DNA from: Candidatus Micrarchaeota archaeon
Lineage (GTDB): Archaea; Micrarchaeota; Micrarchaeia; Anstonellales; Bilamarchaeaceae
NCBI GenBank assembly: GCA_964435235.1
Contig: CAYSXZ010000057.1
Coordinates: 1 to 50,582, forward strand
Direction: 5' to 3'
Length of the DNA stretch: 50,582 bases
Both the position numbers and the translations under genes were made by a program. Positions 27,018 to 33,005 of the stretch are shown piece by piece (position 1 is the first letter of the stretch; every line of letters starts with the position of its first letter). Below the pieces are notes generated by a model. It had not been told where the DNA came from and made no database searches. It worked only from the letters and a program-made list of their open reading frames with translations.

Positions 27018-27239
27018 AAGGCTAAGGTGTGGCAGGATAACTCAGACAAGGGAACTCGGCAAGTTAGCCCCGTATCTTAGGTAGAAGGGGTGCCTTCGCA
27101 TCGGTATGCGGAGGTCGCAGTGACAAGGGGGGAGCGACTGTTTACCAAAAACACAGGTCATCGCAAAGCCGAAAGGCTGTGTATGATGGCTGACGCCTGC
27201 TCACTGCCAGTACCTGAACGTCCGTTTCAAAGCTTTGAA

Positions 27240-27270
27240 AGCGGGTGCTTTCAAAATTGCCCGCCAAGGC
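27240..27270 (+). other. Candidate 31-nt BHB intron near the helix-68 apex
   Basis: Central helix tttg (27234-37) / caag (27265-68). Bulges aaa and gcg. Inner helix gcgggt/tgcccgc. The mature sequence cannot be validated from memory. Confidence 0.3.
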
Positions 27271-27323
27271 GGACAACGGAAAGAAGGGCTGGTAAAGAGC
27301 GGGGGTAACTCTGACCCTCTTAA

Positions 27324-27360
27324 CATTCGGCTTCCTAGCTACTAGCCGAATGAAGAGAGA
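27324..27360 (+). other. 37-nt hairpin insertion splitting the universal CUUAA|GGUAGCG block (E. coli 1928/1929)
   Basis: ccctcttaa-[cattcggct tcctagctact agccgaatg aagagaga]-ggtagcg. Helix tctt/gaga, with a 2x2 internal loop in place of a clean 5' bulge (relaxed BHB). Confidence 0.6.
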
Positions 27361-27729
27361 GGTAGCGTAATACCTCGCCGCTTAATTGGCGGCTTGCATG
27401 AATGGCGTAACGACTCCCCCACTGTCCCTGTCTGGGACCTGGTGAACTCACTGTCCGGTGAAGATGCCGGAGACTTCCAGAGGGAAACGAAGACTCCATG
27501 GAGCTTTACCATAGCCTAATGTTGTGGTGCGAGGTTTGCTACCAAGAGTAAGTGGGAGCCATCGAAGCAATTCTTTCGGGAATTGTGGAGGCGAAAGTGT
27601 TACACCACTTAGTAGATCTTGCATTGCTTACCCGCAAGGGAACAGCGTTAGGTGGATGGTTCGGCTGGGGCGGTACGCCCTCGAGAAAGGAACAAGGGCG
27701 CCCAATGCTCTGCTCAGTCCGGTCAGAAA

Positions 27730-27772
27730 AAACTTTTCACAAGGTTTTTAGGAAATGGGAAAAGTTTTTGAA
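27730..27772 (+). other. BHB mini-intron I2 (43 nt, loop AAGGUUUUUAGGAAAU)
   Basis: Central helix caga (27724-27) / tttg (27767-70). Bulges aaa and aat. Removal gives UCCGGUCAGAAA|UCGGAUG, matching the archaeal GGGUCAGAAAUCC-type hairpin (about E. coli 2305-2311 by my count). Confidence 0.7.
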
Positions 27773-27940
27773 TCGGATGTAGAGGGTGAAAGACAAATGC
27801 AGGGCTGACTGTGTTCCTAAAAGCGTGGAACGCAGAGACGAAAGTCGGGCTTAGCGAACCTTGATATCCTTTTGATGGGGATTCAAGCTGTCAGACAAGC
27901 TACCCTGGAGGTAACAGGCTCGTCGCGGGCGAGAGTACAC

Positions 27941-28012
27941 AAAACTTTGCTTATGTTTTCTTAGGGCAAAGTTTTATCAAAGGTCCTTAGAGTAAAACTC
28001 AAGACCGTACAA
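27941..28012 (+). other. About 72-nt two-hairpin insertion at the helix-89 apex (E. coli 2477/2478)
   Basis: Helix gtac (27935-38) / gtac (28007-10) with bulges aca and aaa. Removal gives CGAGAGUACAC|AUCGAC versus E. coli CAAGAGUUCAUAUCGAC. The inner helix is not contiguous, so the boundaries are tentative. Confidence 0.5.
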
Positions 28013-28067
28013 ATCGACCCCGCGGTTTGGTACATCGCTGTCGGCTTGGGACATCCTGGTGGTGCAG

Positions 28068-28110
28068 ACGTTTTTTGCCAGATTTTTAGGAAGGGCAAAA
28101 ATCGGCATAA
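28068..28110 (+). other. BHB mini-intron I3 (43 nt, loop AGAUUUUUAGGAAG), helix-91 apex
   Basis: Central helix gtgc (28062-65) / gcat (28105-08). Bulges aga and aag. Removal gives CCUGGUGGUGCAG|GAGCCACCAAGG, 25 nt as in E. coli CCUGGGGCUGAAGUAGGUCCCAAGG. Confidence 0.75.
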
Positions 28111-28131
28111 GAGCCACCAAGGGTTGGGTTG

Positions 28132-28176
28132 ACATGAATTAGTCAGGTTTTTAGGAAGGGCTAATTCATGGCCCAA
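28132..28176 (+). other. BHB mini-intron I4 (45 nt, loop AGGUUUUUAGGAAG) inside the A-loop (helix 92)
   Basis: Central helix gggt (28126-29) / gccc (28171-74). Bulges tga and aat. 12-bp stem. Removal gives GGGUUGGGUUG|UUCAUCCAUUAAAG, which restores the UGUUC loop. Confidence 0.8.
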
Positions 28177-28282
28177 TTCATCCATTAAAGTCCCACATGA
28201 GCTGGGTTCAGTACGTCGCGAGACAGTACGGTAGTATCTTCTGGAAGCGTTGCCTCTTGAGAGGAAGGATCCTTGAGTACGA

Positions 28283-28325
28283 ACAGATTTTGTCAGGTTT
28301 TTAGGAAGGACAAAATCTGGTATAA
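28283..28325 (+). other. BHB mini-intron I5 (43 nt, loop AGGUUUUUAGGAAG) inside the sarcin-ricin loop (helix 95)
   Basis: Central helix gtac (28277-80) / gtat (28320-23). Bulges gaa and aag. 11-bp stem. Removal gives AGUACGA|GAGGAAC. Confidence 0.8.
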
Positions 28326-28545
28326 GAGGAACGGGGATCCGGCGCCTCTGGTTTACCGGTTGTGAATTGCACCGCCGGGCAGCTACGCGCCATGTCGATA
28401 AGACCTGAAAGCATCTAAGGTCGAAGCGACTCTCAAGACGAGGAGGCAAATGCCGCGGATAGCAGATCCGTTTGATAGGACCGGGGTGTAAGTGGTAAGG
28501 GAAACCGAGCCATTCAGCCTGCGGTTACTAAAGGCTTATTTCGAA

Positions 28546-28590
28546 ACCCATTACTGACCGTTGGGTACTTCCTTTTCTGTTATCTTTTTG
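28546..28590 (+). other. 3' strand of the pre-23S rRNA processing stem
   Basis: Complementary to 25113-25185 (see the 5' strand entry). Confidence 0.75.
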
Positions 28591-28711
28591 ACATTCTTCG
28601 ATTTTCTAATTTTCCGAAGTCAGTAAGTCAGTGAAGCCGATTACAATTACTATTTTAAATCTAACTTTTGAAAAGTAGTCATCTTTTCTTAGAACTTAGA
28701 GGGTAGATAAT

Positions 28712-31123
28712 ATGAAAAATATAATGTGGTTTAAAGAGCTAACAAAAAATAATTTGCTCGAGGCAGGAGGAAAGGGCGCGAATCTTGGTGAAATGTATGG
28801 GGCCGGTTTTCCTGTCCCTCCAGGATTTGTAGTAACAAGCGGTGCATATTTCAAACATCTTGATGCAAATAATCTCCGCGAGCCGATAACAAAGATTCTT
28901 ACTGGTCTTGATGTTAATGACCCAGAAGCATTGAACAGAGCATCAGAAGAAATAAAAAAACTCATAAAGGAAGGACAGATTCCAAAGGATGTTTATGACG
29001 ATATAATAAATGCTTACAGAAAATTAAACGAGATGGCTGGAAGACAAGTTTATGTCGCGGTAAGGTCGAGTGCAACGGCAGAAGACTTGCCTACTGCAAG
29101 CTTTGCTGGTCAGCAATCTACCTATCTAAATATTATTGGAGAGAAAGAAGTCGTGAATGCAGTTAAAGATTGTTGGGCATCGCTATTTGAACCGAGAGCC
29201 ATATTTTACAGAGTACAAAACAAGTTTGAACACATGAGAGTAGGGCTTGCCGCCGTTGTGCAGATGATGATCCAGAGCGAAAAGGCCGGCGTTGTCTTTA
29301 CAGTCGATCCGTTAACCCAAAATAAGGACATTATTTCTATAGAATCTGCATACGGACTCGGAGAGGTTGTTGTCAGTGGTTCCGTTACCCCAGACACCTA
29401 TAGAGTGAATAAAAATAACTTCGAGATAATCGATAAAAAGATAGCAAAACAACCATGGATGCTTGTAAAGGTAGAAGGAAAAAACAGGAAGGTTGAGATA
29501 AAGGACGAGATGCAAGGAAACCAAAAACTATCCGACACAGAAATAAAGGACCTAGCGAAGGTATCTGCAAGAATAGAAGAGTATTACGGCTTTCCACAGG
29601 ATATAGAATACGCGTTCGAAAAGGGGAATCTTTACATTGTACAATCAAGACCAATAACTACATTGAGTAAAAAAGCAGAGATACAGGAAAAGAAGCCTGA
29701 AGCCGTAGGGACGGCGGAGGAACGGAAAAGCGAGGAAACGAAAGCAAAAGGCGAAGGCAAGGTAAGCGAGACAAAGATCCTGTTGCAAGGGCTTGGAGCA
29801 TCCCCAGGTATCGGCATCGGTCCTGTCAAGATAATAAAGTCAGCACAGGAAATAAAAAGAATGGAAAGCGGAGACGTTCTAGTAACTGAGATGACAACGC
29901 CTGATTTTGTACCTGCGATGAAAAGGGCGGTTGCAATTGTAACAGACACTGGCGGAATGACTAGTCATGCAGCAATAGTTTCAAGAGAGCTTGGCGTTCC
30001 ATGTATTGTAGGCACACAAAAAGCAACAAGTATTTTGAAGGAAGGCCAGACCATAAGCGTTGATGGAACGCATGGTATTGTTTACGAAGGAGTGCTTGCG
30101 CAACCGGTAAAGAAGGAAGAGAAGGCCGCAGTAGTAGGCGGAGTTATATATCCACCGGCGACTGGAACTAAGATTTATGTAAATCTTGCTGATGTTGATC
30201 AAGCAGAAAGAATAGCTGCTATGCCTGTAGACGGTGTGGGTCTTCTTAGGGCCGAATTTATGATAGCAGATATAGGAACCCATCCAAAAAAATTGATAGA
30301 AGAGGGAAGACAGGAAGAGTTTATAGATAAGCTAGCAGCTGGCCTGAGAAGATTTGCGGCTGCTTTTTATCCACGACCAGTAATATATAGAGCAACTGAT
30401 TTCAAAACAAACGAATATAAAAATCTTAAAGGTGGGGAAAAGTACGAGCCCCACGAAGAAAATCCAATGATGGGATATCGCGGTGCGGCAAGATATATAA
30501 AAGAGCCAGAAGTATTTAAGATGGAATTAAAGGCAATAAAAAAGGTGAGAGACGAATACAATCTTAGAAACTTATGGCTTATGATCCCATTTGTAAGAAA
30601 GATCGGCGAACTACGCGCTATAAAACAAGCACTATATGAAGTTGGTATATACCGCACAAAGGATTTCAAACTCTGGATAATGATAGAAGTTCCAAGCACC
30701 GTATTCCTTATCGACAGGTTCTGCGAGGAAGGGATAGACGGGGTTTCTATAGGGAGCAACGACCTAACACAGCTAATACTAGGTATAGATAGGGATAACG
30801 CAACAATGGCGAAGGACTTTGACGAGAGGAACGAAGCTGTTCTGCGCGCTTTGCAAAAGGTAATAACTACATGCAATAAATATGGAGTAACCTGTTCGCT
30901 ATGCGGGCAGGCACCTAGTGTTTATCCAGAATTTGCTGAAAAGCTAGTTGAATATGGCATAACGAGCATTTCTGTTAATCCTGATGCGATAGAAAGAACA
31001 AGATGGATAGTACAAAGTGCAGAGCAGAAGATAATCTTAAAGAGACTTGCAAGACTTACTTCGCAAGGACCAACTGAGGAAAAATTAACTACACTCCAAG
31101 CAACATGGACAGGGGACGATTAG
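28712..31123 (+). CDS. ppsA: Phosphoenolpyruvate synthase (pyruvate, water dikinase)
   Basis: GGKGANLGEM ATP-grasp N-terminus, phosphohistidine motif TGGMTSHAAIVSRELGVPCIVG, and the C-terminal PEP-utilising GSNDLTQ motif. Confidence 0.95.
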   Translation: MKNIMWFKELTKNNLLEAGGKGANLGEMYGAGFPVPPGFVVTSGAYFKHLDANNLREPITKILTGLDVNDPEALNRASEEIKKLIKEGQIPKDVYDDIINAYRKLNEMAGRQVYVAVRSSATAEDLPTASFAGQQSTYLNIIGEKEVVNAVKDCWASLFEPRAIFYRVQNKFEHMRVGLAAVVQMMIQSEKAGVVFTVDPLTQNKDIISIESAYGLGEVVVSGSVTPDTYRVNKNNFEIIDKKIAKQPWMLVKVEGKNRKVEIKDEMQGNQKLSDTEIKDLAKVSARIEEYYGFPQDIEYAFEKGNLYIVQSRPITTLSKKAEIQEKKPEAVGTAEERKSEETKAKGEGKVSETKILLQGLGASPGIGIGPVKIIKSAQEIKRMESGDVLVTEMTTPDFVPAMKRAVAIVTDTGGMTSHAAIVSRELGVPCIVGTQKATSILKEGQTISVDGTHGIVYEGVLAQPVKKEEKAAVVGGVIYPPATGTKIYVNLADVDQAERIAAMPVDGVGLLRAEFMIADIGTHPKKLIEEGRQEEFIDKLAAGLRRFAAAFYPRPVIYRATDFKTNEYKNLKGGEKYEPHEENPMMGYRGAARYIKEPEVFKMELKAIKKVRDEYNLRNLWLMIPFVRKIGELRAIKQALYEVGIYRTKDFKLWIMIEVPSTVFLIDRFCEEGIDGVSIGSNDLTQLILGIDRDNATMAKDFDERNEAVLRALQKVITTCNKYGVTCSLCGQAPSVYPEFAEKLVEYGITSISVNPDAIERTRWIVQSAEQKIILKRLARLTSQGPTEEKLTTLQATWTGDD

Positions 31124-31124
31124 C

Positions 31125-31508
31125 TTGGTGTTAACCTACAAAAAAGGATCAAAGGCTGAAAGGGAGCTAATAGAATACTTTTTACAAAAAGGATATTCGG
31201 TAATAAGAGCTGCAGGAAGCGGAGTTAATTCTCTCAGCCCTGATATTCTCGCATTTAAACGCGGTATGCAGTTTGCATTTGAGTCAAAGGCAGTAGAGAA
31301 AGAAAACCTGAACATCGAACACAGACAGTTTATGAACCTTAAAAAATGGGAGGAGAATACTGGGATAACATGCTATGTGGCATGGAGGCATAGCGGAAGA
31401 CGATGGAGATTTATTCCACTTTCCCTATTCAACGAAAATAAAAAGAGTTTCGGTATTTCTTGGAAAACTGCTAGCGAAATTGGAAAACAATTGGAAGAAT
31501 TTGTTTGA
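31125..31508 (+). CDS. hjc: Holliday junction resolvase Hjc
   Basis: KGSKAERELIEYFLQKGYSVIRAAGSG ... DILAF ... FESKA matches the archaeal Hjc nuclease core (E..D..EXK). TTG/GTG start right after the ppsA stop. Confidence 0.88.
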   Translation: MVLTYKKGSKAERELIEYFLQKGYSVIRAAGSGVNSLSPDILAFKRGMQFAFESKAVEKENLNIEHRQFMNLKKWEENTGITCYVAWRHSGRRWRFIPLSLFNENKKSFGISWKTASEIGKQLEEFV

Positions 31509-31540
31509 ACCTATTTGTTTCTGCATTTTTAATTGCATTT

Positions 31541-32323
31541 TTAATATATCTGCTTGTTTATCTCTTTAGTTAGAAATTCTGCTTCCTTTACGGCTGCCTC
31601 GACTGGGTTGCCGCCTCTCTTTCTCCAAGCATATGCAATCCCTGAAGAAGAATTTACCCTATGAATGAATGGGTTTTCTTTTAACACTGAGAGAATTTCA
31701 AGAGAGCCACCTTGAGCACCAATTCCTGGAATAAGAAATGGAGTGTTATTACCAACAATGTTTACGACCTTTTGAAGGGCTTCCTGCGATGTAGCTCCCA
31801 CAACAATTCCAGCACCCCAGACGGCTGCTTTTCTGCAAATTTCTTCATATAGAAAAGAACCATTTTCAAGCCTTAATTCTTGAAAATCCTTCGCCCCAGG
31901 ATTGCTAGTCCTTCCGAGAAGATAAACAACCCTCCCATCGCGTAGAAAAGGCCTTACAGAATCTTCTCCCATGTAAGGAGAAACAGTTACGGCATCCGCC
32001 CCCCAGAAATCAAAAACCTCACGCGCGTAGGCTTCGCTGCTTTTTCCTATATCTCCTCTCTTTGCGTCTAATATAACAAATGTTTCTTTTATGTATCTGT
32101 CTATTATTTTCTTCAAGATTTTTAGGCCATTAAAACCCATAGCAGCAAAATACGCATAGTTTGGTTTTATTGCTGATATAAGTTTTCTTTCTATCAGCGC
32201 ATCAGCGATGGATGTGTAATATTTGTACACGTCTCTTTCCTCTCCAGTCGGGTCGATTCCAAAACAGAGAATCGAGTTGTTTTTCTTAGCAAGTTCCTCT
32301 AATTTCTTTACTAGTCCACTCAT
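31541..32323 (-). CDS. pyrF: Orotidine-5'-phosphate decarboxylase
   Basis: CFGIDP, DAKRGDIG and PGIGAQGG motifs. 4-nt overlap with pyrE. Confidence 0.9.
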   Translation of the reverse strand: MSGLVKKLEELAKKNNSILCFGIDPTGEERDVYKYYTSIADALIERKLISAIKPNYAYFAAMGFNGLKILKKIIDRYIKETFVILDAKRGDIGKSSEAYAREVFDFWGADAVTVSPYMGEDSVRPFLRDGRVVYLLGRTSNPGAKDFQELRLENGSFLYEEICRKAAVWGAGIVVGATSQEALQKVVNIVGNNTPFLIPGIGAQGGSLEILSVLKENPFIHRVNSSSGIAYAWRKRGGNPVEAAVKEAEFLTKEINKQIY

Positions 32324-33003
32324 AGCAGCACGACCTCTTTTGCACCGTACTTCTTGAAATACTCTTCTACCTTTCTAGCGATTTCGATGCCTGGCTGAAT
32401 CTTTTTGTATGCTAAGGGAAGAATTTCGGTTGCATCACTTAACGTCATATACCTCACACCAATCTCACTCATTGCTTCCTCCACAGTTCTACCATCATCA
32501 CGTTTTTCCAACCTATTTGTTAAACTCATAGCGGCGGATATGTCGACATTTGCTTTTCTAAGAGTTTCTATAGTCGAGATGAGCGAGCTACCGCTAGTAG
32601 TGACATCCTCTATTACTACTGTTTTTCCTTTTGGCATGCCGAGAAAAAATTTATCCTTCGGGTCGCCGTGTTCTTTTGGCTTTCCCCTTCCCATAGGAAG
32701 AGCATATCTTCCAGGAGCGTAGTCTTTTTGCTTCTTTGCCCATTTGAATTGCGTTATAATTGCGAGCTTGGTTGCACCTTCTGGAACGCCATAAAAGCAA
32801 TCTGGGTTGAGTTTTTGTTTTTTTACAAATGATATTATGAAATCTGTAAGTTTGTCAGTAAGATAAACGTCCTCGCTGACCGTCCTCCAATTGACGTACC
32901 AGTGCGACTCCCTTCCAGATTTTAGAGTTATTGGTTTTTCAAAAAATCCAACTACATTATTCTCAAGAATAAATTTATTGAATTCTTCTTTGCTGAAAAC
33001 CAT
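32320..33003 (-). CDS. pyrE: Orotate phosphoribosyltransferase
   Basis: PRPP-binding VVIEDVTTSGSS. Start placed at the ATG at 33003 (MVFSKEEF), which avoids overlap with the upstream gene. Confidence 0.88.
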   Translation of the reverse strand: MVFSKEEFNKFILENNVVGFFEKPITLKSGRESHWYVNWRTVSEDVYLTDKLTDFIISFVKKQKLNPDCFYGVPEGATKLAIITQFKWAKKQKDYAPGRYALPMGRGKPKEHGDPKDKFFLGMPKGKTVVIEDVTTSGSSLISTIETLRKANVDISAAMSLTNRLEKRDDGRTVEEAMSEIGVRYMTLSDATEILPLAYKKIQPGIEIARKVEEYFKKYGAKEVVLL

Positions 33004-33005
33004 CT

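Larger units (their letters stand above)
25231..28541 (+). rRNA. rrl: 23S (LSU) rRNA, archaeal, unlinked to 16S/5S, interrupted by multiple mini-introns
   Basis: Conserved blocks recognised: GCUGCGAUAAGCC, the GTPase-associated centre GGCUUAGAAGCAGCCAUC, GACUGUUUACCAAAAACACAG, AGGUAGCGUAAUACC, GGUAACAGGC, UCGCUGUCGGCU, GAGCUGGGUUCAG-ACGUCGCGAGACAGU, and split SRL and A-loop sequences. Ends are approximate (about +/-20 nt). Confidence 0.95.

Noticed and set aside
26079-28325. The five-fold repeated AGGTTTTTAGGAAG motif as a possible CRISPR array or tandem repeat
   Set aside because: Spacing is irregular (43 nt to 1.6 kb). Each copy is the loop of its own hairpin. All copies lie inside an rRNA gene at positions that interrupt conserved blocks. 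This does not fit a CRISPR or satellite structure.
25113-28590. A canonical BHB within the 23S processing stem
   Set aside because: The long helix is clear, but I could not place two 3-nt bulges separated by 4 bp with confidence. No processing sites are claimed.
25003-28965. Numerous 60-160 aa ORFs on both strands (for example 25517-26005, 27961-28449, 27090-27308)
   Set aside because: They lie inside the 23S rRNA gene or its leader and trailer. The region matches conserved LSU rRNA blocks throughout, so these are chance ORFs.
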